Shown piece after piece: positions 10,201 to 19,158 of a DNA stretch of 64,000 nt (the first letter of the stretch is position 1; each line of letters begins with the position of its first letter). The translations under genes and the position numbers were made by a program. This DNA is from Bacteroidota bacterium (lineage in GTDB: Bacteria; Bacteroidota; Bacteroidia; Bacteroidales; UBA7960), in the NCBI GenBank assembly GCA_007693555.1, contig REDJ01000242.1:15-64014 (forward strand), written 5' to 3'. The notes under the pieces are model-generated. The model ran no database searches and was not told the origin of the DNA. It worked only from the letters and a program-made list of their open reading frames with translations.

Positions 10201-13200
10201 CTGTTCCGTCAAAAATATTGTCTTCACCTATTATCAGGTCGCGGTTTAAAGTAAGAGACCGTTCTTTCAGGCGGGTAGTATAACCTGCATTACCTGTTAT
10301 ATTTAAGATTCCAAGAGGCACAGAAGATTTAAGAGTAAGAATACTTCCAGCCGGAGTATTATCATTCCCCATGTATAGAGTACCATTACCTGTAATACTC
10401 ACGGCGGGTTCAAGCAATACGGCAGCTTCCGTATTGCTGCCTGTTTGTGGCAGAACCACGGTTAGGGATCCTCCCAGGTGGAAAAACCGGCTGCCCGTAT
10501 TCAATACTTCAAATACGCCCCTTGCAGCTACCGGGGCAGCATTCTTACCTACAGTTGTGCTTCCGGCTGATTGGGTAAATCGCAATACACCCGATGGATT
10601 GGAAATACCACGGCGTATTTGTGAGCCCACAATCAGCTCGCCGCCCATAACCTCAAGGGTTGCGTTGCCTGAAGCAGAATATTCAATGTAGTTGTTTACA
10701 CCTGCACCACCATCCATGTTGATCACGCCTCCGGTTTCCACGCGTAACAACCCATCAAGTAAAATTCCTGTATTGGCACCGCTCACTTTCACCTCGCCCT
10801 GGCTAACCACCAATCCTGCCGTTGAAGGAATAAAAAAGTCTCCACCGCCTGTGGAAAGGTCAATTTCTATGTCTTCATGATTGAGTATCAACCGGCCGTT
10901 TTGCAACTGAAGGGCTTTTTCGGAGGTTGCGCCACCAGTGGGGCCGTTGAGGGTGAAGGCATTGTTGAATGTAAATGAAGAGGCCTGTGAGGTGCTCTTG
11001 TTCATGAATATCCTGTAAAGGTTGATATCTTCTGGGGTACTGTTCTCCATATCAAGTGAATGGGCCCCTTCTCCATGAAGTTCCAGAATTACATTGTTGC
11101 CATTGCTATTGTTGGTAAACAGGTCAAGCCGGTTATTGGTTGTATTGGCGTCGCTTGATATATCGCCGTTAACGATAAGCCTGTGATTAAGATTGTTTTC
11201 TGCGGTATTTAAAACCCTGACACTTCTGAGTGAGCCGGGGTTATTGCCTGTATAGTGGTATTTTATACCTCCCAGTTCAGCGGTCCGTTCGTTTCCTGTA
11301 GTATTGAAACTGAAAACACCTCCCTGCCAGTCGCCAAGCCGCAGGTCGCCCAAAACGGTCAGATCTCCACCGGCACCACTGTGGAGAACAAATACTCCGT
11401 TTGCATCGATTGTGAAGTTCCTTCTGACCAGGAAATCATCTTCAATGGTCGCTGTCCTGTTTGCAGCCCCTTCAATTCTAAGATTGGGGAAAACGTTATT
11501 GCTTATGTTTGGTATAACATGTAGCTGGTTAGCTGACATAAGCTGAAAATGAAATGAGGCTGTATCATTTTGCACAAATTCTGAGAAGTCGGCACTGATT
11601 GCCGGGAAGGTGTTATGGTTGAACCTTACCTGGAATACCCCAGGACCTTCAATAACTCCTGCATCCAGGGTTCCATTTGGCCCGTCACCTCTTACGACTA
11701 CCCGGGAAACCCTCGCATCTTCCGGAGGATTGGGATGGGGTACGAACTGGATAAGCCCTACCTCAATATCTGTCCTGATATTGACTGAGTGATAACCTCC
11801 CCTGTTGTTATGGCCCCCATAACCAATTACGGCAATATCACCGATACGAGGCCAACGCCCGTCGCCGACCGCAGGTCTGTTATCATTCACCTCAAATGTA
11901 TGGGGTTCGTACGACCAGTTACCCGGAACATCCCACCAGTCATCGTACCAGTTTGCTGCATTGGTGAGTGAGTAGAAAACTCTGATTTCGCCATCGAACA
12001 TCTGTGAACGTCCTGCGGTGAATTCGCCGGTCTCGAGAATATGAGCAGGAGAAAAATCAAGGGTTCTTGTGGCAGAAGTTGGATTTCCGGGTCCCAGAGT
12101 CCCTGCCTGTGTCCGTATATTGTTTACAACTTTGCCCGGCACTATCTGATCCCAGTTGCCTTCTGACAGGTCACCAATATATCCTATAAACTGGTTAAAC
12201 ACATCGGGCAGGTCATTAAAATTGCTGTCACGGACTCTCCAGTAATATAAAAGAAACCTCCTGTCGTTTGGATTGGCCTCATCACTCAGGGTGCCCAGTT
12301 TCCTTGGCACGCCGTTAATCTGAACCTTGCCGGGACCGGTGACGTTGGAGAATTCTGGGTTGGCCCATGCGTAGCGGTAAGCATTATTGGCGTTGTTTAT
12401 CGTTCCCAGCGGGAAAAGGTATGTACCATTCGTTGAAATTGTACGGGTCAGCCCCCCATCCCCGTGATTGCCGTTTGTACGAAACATCCGTGATGTAGAA
12501 TAGTAAGCTATAGCATTGGATGAGAGAGTGCCTTCAACATCGAGATTGTGGGTTTTCAAATCAAATATCCCGTTGGTGAGGGTCATTGTGCCCGTTACCG
12601 TCTGGTTGGCTGCGAGGTAGGTGATTTCGGCGGATAGGTCTGAGGGATGCACCTCATCAATCTCCAGGTTACCAAACACTCCGTTACCATTGCCGCTCAG
12701 TTTATGCGTTGTGGAAATTTCTGCCGTCGCAGTGGCATCTCCTGTTATGTTTACTTCAGGAATATCACTATATCCTGTTCCGGTATTGGTAATAACAATG
12801 TGGCTGATGGGCAGAGGATTGGATCCGGAAGGTGTTCCGTTAAAGATTGCTACTGCCGTTGCCTGTACTCCTGAACCTCCAGGTGCATCAATAGTCACCA
12901 CGGGTACAGATGTATAACTGCCATGATTTGTTAACTGGATGTCATTTACAATTCCCCTGTCATTGATTAAAACTTTTCCACCGGTGGTAGTTATTGTTCC
13001 GGAATTCTCAATATCACCTCTTACGGTAATCTGCCTGTTGGCCAAAGCAAATGTTCCGGCGGTAATGGTCAGCTTATTCGCTACAGTAATATCACTGTTG
13101 AGAAGTGTGCCGGTCCTGCCGGGATTGTTTATCCTGAGATTGTGAAAATAAGAGGTTAGCGCTCCGGGGTTAATATTCAGAGAATAGTTTACAGCAGCGC

Positions 13201-16200
13201 CCTGAAAATGGGTTGTATTGCTTCCTGCGATATAGGAAGCACCCGCACCCAGGTTAAAACTTCTTCCTATGGTAACATCCTGTCCTTTAGGATTGAAGGT
13301 GATATCTTCCTGAATGGTCAGCGATGCGCGTGTAACCATTGGCAAGGCGGGCAGCACAGCCTGGTTGCCGGCACCTGTACCTACCTGTCCTCCCTCAAGA
13401 ACAAACAATCTTTCACCATTTCCACTCCGCCCCATAATAACACCCGGCAGGGGTGCCCTGCTGGTGATTCGGAAGGGGGTGGTGTTTGTAGCAATAAGCT
13501 CAAGTGTGGCATTGGGCCCAACATTTTGATTTACCGGGTCAGAATTGATAAAAATGGCTCCCCTGTTGTTTGTGCCGTTTATCCTCAGTGTACCTCCGGT
13601 AAGGGTAAATGCATTACCGGGATAAGATAAAGAAAAACTGTAATAATTACCACTTGACACTGTGCCGTTTATTATAACCGTACCACCGGTCTGAATATAA
13701 CCACCCACATTTTCTGAACCAAAAACAGAGGTACGGAACTGCCCCAGCACAGTTGTTCCTCCTGTTGATTCAAACACACCATTTAACCGGGTTGTGATAC
13801 CACTGTTAATATTTGATGTAAAAGTTCCTGAGGAAACTTTTACCTTACCATATACCACCACTGCTGTTCCGCCAGGTTTTGTAACACTTCCTCCATCTAC
13901 CCACAAAACGGCATTTTCAGAGATATTATAATTGCCACCTGAGTTTAACCTGGGTATGGTAATGTTCTGTCCAATGCGCACAGTGCCTGCTATCAAACCA
14001 AGCGAGTTTGTATTTGAAGTAAGTTGAGCTTGAGTTCCATGCCCCTGATTGGCAAATCCCAGTAATTCAAAATATGTTGAGTTGGAAGCTGTAATATGCA
14101 CCTCATTAGTTGCAGTGACTTTATTTACAGCAATCCTGTAAAAACGTGACGGACCATCCAACTGCATTGTTTGGTTACGCGTTGTGCTGAGGAAGTTAAC
14201 ATCTACAATTCCATCAGTTGCCTGGGCAGTATAATTGGCAACAGTACGATTGGTAAACTGAACTTCACCCTGATTTATAAAATTTCCGTAAAGATTCAAT
14301 TGGTGTCTGGCATTGCCGGTTCCGGTGATTATACCTGCTCCTGAGTTAACCTGCAAATTCTCTCTTATGGTCAATTGCCTTGCGGCAGTGCCCGAGGAGT
14401 TTCCAAGCTGTAATTGCCCCTTTTCAATAACAAGATTTCCATTCAGGGTATAATCAGCCAAAAGGTTAGCAGTATGGACATCATCGTCCATATTTATACG
14501 CATATGTCTGAATGTGTGTGGTGTCAAAAGATCGTATCCTGTGCCATAGTATTCTACCGTTCCACCCTGGGAAGCATTGGCAAATCCTTCAGCATTTCCT
14601 GCCGGAAAATTGTCGCCTGCCAGACGAATGGTTCCATTACTCAAACCTGTAATTGTAGATATGGTATGGCCGGTTGTGATACCAAAATCCAGGATACCAT
14701 CATTTACCTCAAGGGTGCCGATTTCAATATTATTATCAGTAATCGTAATCTGGAGGTTGTTCTGTATGATAACCCGGTCCATTGCCCCCGGCAATTGAGA
14801 TGGAGGTTCGTAAATACCGGGGTTTAAACTCCACACTTCAAGGTCATTCCAGTTTCCGTTATTAAAGCTATAATAGGTTTGAACCTCAAGATCAGAGCGT
14901 GCAATGGTATAATATCCACTCTGAAAATGGGTATTACTGACTGTAAAAAAAACCTTGCCGTCATTTACCGATGCATAAGAGCCGGGTACAAGGCTGAAAT
15001 TTCCTGAGTTTTCTTCTCTGTAAAGTAACACATATAAACTTGATGCATCAACGGAAATGCCCGCTTCAATAAAATCAAATCCAATGCGTACATCTGTATT
15101 TCCGCCATTGATTTCACCTCCCTGTATCCTTTCAATATAATAAACCCGGTCCCAACGCTGTTCCAGATTTACATCAGGAATTGAAGGGAGATTGTTTTCA
15201 TTTGTTCCATGAGTTGTATTATCATGACCTGCAAAAACGAATTCAAAGGGCTCATTCAATGAACCATTGGCTTCTGCAAGCAACAGTCCGCTTCCCATGT
15301 TTTGAGTGGCAGAATATTTGTGTCCTTCCACATGACCAATTCCTGTGAAATCATAAGTATGGGTTTCAGAAGAAAAAGCAGTTGTTCCCAGGTTGATATT
15401 ATATCGATTTGCCAGCATGGTTTCAACAATGAGTCTCTCGGCCAGATTCAGTGCCCGGCGATAAATAATCACCTCACTCATATCGCCCCTGAAGGCTTGT
15501 CCATAATTGTCATTCAGGATTCCTATGTAAAGGTCTGAGCTAAAACTACCAATGGCTGTATTTCCCGGATTTTCTGAGCCGGTTTGCACTCCATCCTGAA
15601 AAATTCTTGCCCGCAGTGTGGGGTCATTGCCGTTAAAAATAGCAGAAAAAACTTGTGGGTTATTTGTAACTGCAACATTGCCATTATATCTTGATGGTGA
15701 ATCAAAATATAATCTTGAATTATTCCATGTAAATAAGGAGTAAGCCACCTGGTTGCCGGCACTCACCCGTTTTGACAATAACCCTCTTGGTTGGGTGTCA
15801 ATATTGTCGGGCTGACCTACAACAAAAAGAGTAATACCGTCAGAATCATCCAGGCTGCTATGATTGGCAACTACCATATTGATATTGGTGCCGCCAAATT
15901 GCAAGGCAGGATGTCCATTGATAGAACTCTCAATAAAAAGAGGCCTTTTATCGGGTTCTGACTGTGTGGCATGGTTATTATTGCCACTGATATCAAGCCA
16001 CTCTTCAACGGCTTCTTCATTTTGAGTTGTTGAAGTCCCCTGGTCAGCCCTCAGCCACAATACATTTGAAGACTCATTACCTATACCTGCAGGTCCGGGG
16101 TTATCTGCCTGCAATGGATAGCAAAACAAAAAGAGCGTGAACCCGGCTAATAGTTTGTATTTTTGTTGAATAATGAATAAAAATATTTGTAGAGTTTTCA

Positions 16201-16204
16201 TCAT
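7262..16204 (-). CDS. Giant (2980 aa) T9SS-secreted cell-surface protein: N-terminal LamG/concanavalin-like domain, three ~960 aa beta-helix-like modules, T9SS type-A C-terminal sorting domain
   Basis: Signal-like N-terminus (..LLAGFTLFLFCYPLQA). A LamG-like region (..HPALQFGG..LFVV..LYIG..FRGDMSEVIIYRRAL). G/N/T-rich repeats throughout. A pre-CTD domain ELLSFTANARENMVLLEWVTATEINNDFFTIERSRDGRNFE..YYRLKQTDFDGS. The C-terminus LYPNPNNGNAFNILL...GVYLVTVTGPSGRFTLRMVVN is typical of a Por/T9SS sorting domain. Confidence 0.85.
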   Translation of the reverse strand: MMKTLQIFLFIIQQKYKLLAGFTLFLFCYPLQADNPGPAGIGNESSNVLWLRADQGTSTTQNEEAVEEWLDISGNNNHATQSEPDKRPLFIESSINGHPALQFGGTNINMVVANHSSLDDSDGITLFVVGQPDNIDTQPRGLLSKRVSAGNQVAYSLFTWNNSRLYFDSPSRYNGNVAVTNNPQVFSAIFNGNDPTLRARIFQDGVQTGSENPGNTAIGSFSSDLYIGILNDNYGQAFRGDMSEVIIYRRALNLAERLIVETMLANRYNINLGTTAFSSETHTYDFTGIGHVEGHKYSATQNMGSGLLLAEANGSLNEPFEFVFAGHDNTTHGTNENNLPSIPDVNLEQRWDRVYYIERIQGGEINGGNTDVRIGFDFIEAGISVDASSLYVLLYREENSGNFSLVPGSYASVNDGKVFFTVSNTHFQSGYYTIARSDLEVQTYYSFNNGNWNDLEVWSLNPGIYEPPSQLPGAMDRVIIQNNLQITITDNNIEIGTLEVNDGILDFGITTGHTISTITGLSNGTIRLAGDNFPAGNAEGFANASQGGTVEYYGTGYDLLTPHTFRHMRINMDDDVHTANLLADYTLNGNLVIEKGQLQLGNSSGTAARQLTIRENLQVNSGAGIITGTGNARHQLNLYGNFINQGEVQFTNRTVANYTAQATDGIVDVNFLSTTRNQTMQLDGPSRFYRIAVNKVTATNEVHITASNSTYFELLGFANQGHGTQAQLTSNTNSLGLIAGTVRIGQNITIPRLNSGGNYNISENAVLWVDGGSVTKPGGTAVVVYGKVKVSSGTFTSNINSGITTRLNGVFESTGGTTVLGQFRTSVFGSENVGGYIQTGGTVIINGTVSSGNYYSFSLSYPGNAFTLTGGTLRINGTNNRGAIFINSDPVNQNVGPNATLELIATNTTPFRITSRAPLPGVIMGRSGNGERLFVLEGGQVGTGAGNQAVLPALPMVTRASLTIQEDITFNPKGQDVTIGRSFNLGAGASYIAGSNTTHFQGAAVNYSLNINPGALTSYFHNLRINNPGRTGTLLNSDITVANKLTITAGTFALANRQITVRGDIENSGTITTTGGKVLINDRGIVNDIQLTNHGSYTSVPVVTIDAPGGSGVQATAVAIFNGTPSGSNPLPISHIVITNTGTGYSDIPEVNITGDATATAEISTTHKLSGNGNGVFGNLEIDEVHPSDLSAEITYLAANQTVTGTMTLTNGIFDLKTHNLDVEGTLSSNAIAYYSTSRMFRTNGNHGDGGLTRTISTNGTYLFPLGTINNANNAYRYAWANPEFSNVTGPGKVQINGVPRKLGTLSDEANPNDRRFLLYYWRVRDSNFNDLPDVFNQFIGYIGDLSEGNWDQIVPGKVVNNIRTQAGTLGPGNPTSATRTLDFSPAHILETGEFTAGRSQMFDGEIRVFYSLTNAANWYDDWWDVPGNWSYEPHTFEVNDNRPAVGDGRWPRIGDIAVIGYGGHNNRGGYHSVNIRTDIEVGLIQFVPHPNPPEDARVSRVVVRGDGPNGTLDAGVIEGPGVFQVRFNHNTFPAISADFSEFVQNDTASFHFQLMSANQLHVIPNISNNVFPNLRIEGAANRTATIEDDFLVRRNFTIDANGVFVLHSGAGGDLTVLGDLRLGDWQGGVFSFNTTGNERTAELGGIKYHYTGNNPGSLRSVRVLNTAENNLNHRLIVNGDISSDANTTNNRLDLFTNNSNGNNVILELHGEGAHSLDMENSTPEDINLYRIFMNKSTSQASSFTFNNAFTLNGPTGGATSEKALQLQNGRLILNHEDIEIDLSTGGGDFFIPSTAGLVVSQGEVKVSGANTGILLDGLLRVETGGVINMDGGAGVNNYIEYSASGNATLEVMGGELIVGSQIRRGISNPSGVLRFTQSAGSTTVGKNAAPVAARGVFEVLNTGSRFFHLGGSLTVVLPQTGSNTEAAVLLEPAVSITGNGTLYMGNDNTPAGSILTLKSSVPLGILNITGNAGYTTRLKERSLTLNRDLIIGEDNIFDGTGLFNLNVKRHIINNGEENLNVDTLFMTGNSSVPGASPTQQITGNVKVRNLVVQPETSLTLTGTGDLTVEADLHLLNGQLTDGGNNIFLKGNIFNNSSHVSSGPADGGINFSGTSTQRITGQGQFGRIVIDNPESIILENDISLNSDLIMRNGILQLQFHKLSLGLNAAIVNEGNDFSNQKMIAVDGSNFIRGVEKLLPAVSGGTPVQAYDIDDPAYTYHFHIPIGTDDGTVQKYTPVQIAVANSNTQGSVSVFPVNRRHLTIDPSPGRVLQYFWTATSQGLSDFTGLLRFHYLQEDVRDDFEDEAEYLAARLFGDEWSKFSEPDPDDPDFFQIVNEDENHVGFTFSNQSQINGDYTAGIGEDIPDNVPVFISQTSGNWTNPSTWIREGGGEVPANGPFGHIVRILGGHTVTMNQNFRQAYRTEILGNGILDINTTINHILGVVSGTGTITLQSASIPSGNYDEFVAAGTGTFEFDGNVNYGLPTRFSNYNNLILRGNGQRNLPAQTTHILGNLTLLENARLGAAQRVEIYGNLQKDASAGLTTANYFDFRGNLLQNITGEFTSENSFFDLRIRNNQGVNFASSIEVRNLLYLQNGIVRMQNGSSLTMFGNYHPETSAGSFASWIDGKLIRQIGHGSSDQLFMIGKGNRPRYTRLFDVQHVSGNQFWGMEYFGENPDNIELDPESIEGDVLQIVSDLEYWQLEGPSGGSARVQLSWGPGSAIPDVEPEQLELFMTVAQWDDGHWTDKGNSDAQAFGNGTGYVRAQIPTEFASKSGSAFLTLGSVNEEEVPLPIELLSFTANARENMVLLEWVTATEINNDFFTIERSRDGRNFEIVALVSSNAEGGFSNEKLFYKAWDKNPEIGMNYYRLKQTDFDGSFEYSDIIGVYFQQQSDVLFSLYPNPNNGNAFNILLNGLRPFENLELSIVDLYGKTVYISSKHADDNGGLQTKFVFAGQLKTGVYLVTVTGPSGRFTLRMVVN

Positions 16205-16356
16205 TTGTAAACCTTTTGTTTTCCTTTTATATCAGGTAAACCTAAACAGAAGCATTGAATAACTTTTTGATTATGCTTTTTTGCCGTATTATTCCCTGTT
16301 TTTTTGTTAACCTGTTTATTGCCTGATTGAAAGCAGGTAAAAAAGCATATCTCTTA

Positions 16357-16364
16357 CAAAGGTA
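16357..16364 (-). promoter_or_regulatory. Candidate -7 promoter box (TAccTTTG, minus strand) for the 2980 aa gene
   Basis: Plus strand caaaggta is the reverse complement of TACCTTTG. It lies ~150 nt upstream of the start at 16204, inside the 426 bp gap after wzc. Confidence 0.35.
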
Positions 16365-16630
16365 TGAATGAATTTATTACATAAATCACCCATTTTCCAT
16401 AGGTGTTTTATGAGGGTTTTGTCTTTTAAATCACAACATACAGCAGAACTAATTTAAAAATTATCTAAATTTTCATTCTATTGGGGACCCAAAATGGAAG
16501 TATAGGTCTTTTTACCTGTTTTACAAACTGGTACAAAAAAACCGGCAGGTACATTTTTTCAATTGTAACTACCGGTAATTTGCGAAACGCAAGAAGAATT
16601 AACTATCGCCAGGATCGCGGGATCAAATGC

Positions 16631-19072
16631 CTAACTCTTACGATTGAACGTTCCGTTTACCAAATCATACCATTTTTTGAAAACATTGCCATTGCTCTGA
16701 GGCTTGTCTTCATAATAATTATAACCATAACCATACCCGTAGCCATATCCATAGCCATACCCATAGCCGCTGCGGGTCATTTTCATGTCATTTATCTCAA
16801 TACAAATGTTTTTTGTTTCGAGTTTTGCGGCAAACTCATTGAGAAAATCAAGGCTGGATTTATCGCTGAATCTTTGTCTGATGATAAAAACAGCAATGTC
16901 AGAGTTTTTTATGATATGAATTCCATCGGGCACAATTCCAACAGGCGGTGTGTCAATAATTACGAAATCAAACTGCTTTTTTACTTCGCTGAGCAATGTA
17001 CCCATTTTCTCAGATTCAATAAGCTCGCTGGGGTTAGGTGGAGTAGGCCCGGAGGAAATAATGTAAAGATTTTTGTTATGATTAACCTTCTGAATTATTT
17101 CTTCCAGGGAGTTTTTGCCTATCAGATAATTGGAAAGACCCGGGGATTTCTGAATACCAAAATCTTCATAAATTCTGGGTTTTCGCATATCAGCACCTAT
17201 AAGAAGGGTTTTCTTGTCTGAGAGTGCAATCACCGAGGCAAGGTTAATGGCACTGAATGTTTTTCCTTCCTGGGGTTTTGTTGATGTTATAGATACTATC
17301 TTGTTCTTTTTACTGCTTGCAAAATACTGAAGATTGGTTCGCATAGCCCTGAAGGCTTCTGTTACAGGCGATTTGTTATCATCAAATACCACAAGATTAA
17401 CCTCTTCCTTGCGGGCTGCTTTTCTATTATGAGGAATGACTCCTAAAATGGGAAAATCTACTGCATCGGTAACATCTTTCTTTTCATTGATACGGGTATC
17501 AAAGAAATCTCTGACAATCAGAAATCCAAGTGGTATTACAAATCCCAAAACCAGTGCAATTGTATAATTCAGCCTCTTTTTCGGTGAAACAATACCTGCG
17601 AAACGTGCCCTGTCAATAATTTTATGGTCCGGTACGTTACTTGCCATGGCTATGCCCGCTTCTGCACGTTTTTCAAGAAGGTAATTATATGTAGCATCGC
17701 TTAGGTTAAATCTGCGTTGAATACCAATAAGCTCTCTTTCTGTACCGGGGAGTTGACTTATGCGGTTTTCAACCTGCTGAACCCTTCGGTTTAGATCATC
17801 AATTAAAATATCTGAGGCGTTTTGAATACTTCTCAGGTTTTCACTCAACGCCTGTGTGGTCTGGTCTATTTTACGGTTAACCATTAGAATGTTAGGGTTC
17901 TCAATGGTAGCACTCACTTTCAAACGCGATCTTTCAGCATGCAGGGAACTAAGCTCGCTGATAAGGTTATTGAGCAAAGGATCATCGATACCCAGGGCAG
18001 AAGGACTGAATACGTCCCGAAAATCTTTTTCATTATCCACATAGTCCAGAAGGTATACATAATACTGACGTTTCACATTTTCAACAGCAAGCTGGTTATC
18101 AAGCCTTTGCAGTTCAGTAAAGAGCTGGGAAGAGATCATGCTCACATCCATCAGTCCTTTTCTCATTCGAAACTCCTCAAGTGAAGATTCTGCAAGGATT
18201 AAAGAGTCGGAAATTATGCCAATCTGCTGATCAATAAAGCGAATGGTGTTTTCGGCAATGGTGTTTTTTTCCTGGAGACTCTGCCTTAAATAAACCTCTG
18301 TGAGTGTATTAAGGAAATCAATAGCCCTGCCGGAATGCGTTGCCTCAAATGATAACTGTACAATGGAAACTTCATTATTCAGGGGTTCAACGCTCAATGA
18401 AGATAAATAGCGTCCGGGGAGTATATTCAAATCGTGAACAACGAAAATAAACTCACGCCCCACATGGCTTTGTGGTCGGAAATTCTCATTTTTCACAATT
18501 CTGAATCCGTAATTATCTGCTTGATGTAGTTCACCAAACTGTAGTATATATTTACTACCACCGTTTCTGAAAGAAAACCTTTTCCGGTTGGAAAGTTCCA
18601 GTTCATAAGTGTCTTCTGAAAGGATTCTTACATTGAAGGGGCGGTTGAACAACGGAGTCTGATCTTCGTCCCATACTACCAGGAAAGGAGTATTTTTATA
18701 TACTTCTACTGTTCTAATTTCACCAACAAGCCTTCCGATATTATAGTACGAAACTCCCACATCCATATTTCTCAAAGCAGAATCTACAAGTGAAAATGAT
18801 CTCAATATGGCCATTTCATTAAAGAGATTATTTCTTTGATAGAACAGGTCAAGCTCTCCCATGATCTGTCCCGGTCTGAAACCACCTTTACGATCATCCC
18901 TTACCAATACTGTGGCACGGGCACGATAAACTGTTTCGGAAAATTTATTGATAAAATAAGCAATTGCCAAAGCAATAATGATACTGATCACAAACCAATA
19001 CCAGAAGCGGATATATTTGAATACGAGTTTTCGTATATCAAGGGTTTCTTCGCGGAAGGGGTCTTTATTCAT
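16631..19072 (-). CDS. wzc: Polysaccharide co-polymerase / BY tyrosine autokinase (Wzc/GumC-like, PCP-2a)
   Basis: N-terminal Wzz-type chain-length-determinant region with a TM helix (WYWFVISIIIALAIAYFI), then a long coiled-coil periplasmic region and a second TM helix. Walker A TSTKPQEGKTFSAINLA, Walker A' LLIGADMRKP, Walker B FDFVIIDTPP. C-terminal Tyr cluster (GY)8NYY. Confidence 0.85.
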   Translation of the reverse strand: MNKDPFREETLDIRKLVFKYIRFWYWFVISIIIALAIAYFINKFSETVYRARATVLVRDDRKGGFRPGQIMGELDLFYQRNNLFNEMAILRSFSLVDSALRNMDVGVSYYNIGRLVGEIRTVEVYKNTPFLVVWDEDQTPLFNRPFNVRILSEDTYELELSNRKRFSFRNGGSKYILQFGELHQADNYGFRIVKNENFRPQSHVGREFIFVVHDLNILPGRYLSSLSVEPLNNEVSIVQLSFEATHSGRAIDFLNTLTEVYLRQSLQEKNTIAENTIRFIDQQIGIISDSLILAESSLEEFRMRKGLMDVSMISSQLFTELQRLDNQLAVENVKRQYYVYLLDYVDNEKDFRDVFSPSALGIDDPLLNNLISELSSLHAERSRLKVSATIENPNILMVNRKIDQTTQALSENLRSIQNASDILIDDLNRRVQQVENRISQLPGTERELIGIQRRFNLSDATYNYLLEKRAEAGIAMASNVPDHKIIDRARFAGIVSPKKRLNYTIALVLGFVIPLGFLIVRDFFDTRINEKKDVTDAVDFPILGVIPHNRKAARKEEVNLVVFDDNKSPVTEAFRAMRTNLQYFASSKKNKIVSITSTKPQEGKTFSAINLASVIALSDKKTLLIGADMRKPRIYEDFGIQKSPGLSNYLIGKNSLEEIIQKVNHNKNLYIISSGPTPPNPSELIESEKMGTLLSEVKKQFDFVIIDTPPVGIVPDGIHIIKNSDIAVFIIRQRFSDKSSLDFLNEFAAKLETKNICIEINDMKMTRSGYGYGYGYGYGYGYGYNYYEDKPQSNGNVFKKWYDLVNGTFNRKS
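16721..16768 (-). repeat. Coding hexanucleotide repeat giving (Gly-Tyr)x8 in the Wzc tail
   Basis: Minus strand reads ggc tat ggg tat ggc tat gga tat ggc tac ggg tat ggt tat ggt tat. Synonymous codons vary, so the DNA repeat is imperfect. Confidence 0.9.
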
Positions 19073-19158
19073 TTTTTATTTGCAGATGGTGTTAATTTCT
19101 AATTTATCGGGTAATGCTTTTCTTGCCTGTTATTTCCGGCATATAATCCGGCAAAAAG

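Noticed and set aside
7680-15538. Many 60-140 aa plus-strand ORFs (e.g. 9921-10283, 13208-13630, 14414-14827) and one alternate-frame minus-strand ORF (15523-15762) inside the 2980 aa gene
   Set aside because: All lie on the opposite strand or in alternate frames of one uninterrupted 8.9 kb ORF with recognisable LamG and T9SS domains. Their Ser/Pro/Thr-rich composition is what the antisense of a G/N/T-rich gene is expected to give.
16481-17221. 246 aa plus-strand ORF overlapping the 3' end of wzc
   Set aside because: It is antisense to a gene with clear Walker A/A'/B motifs and a Tyr tail. Its ITITIPVAISIAIPIAAAG stretch is simply the reverse-complement reading of the (GY)8 repeat, and it has no motifs of its own.
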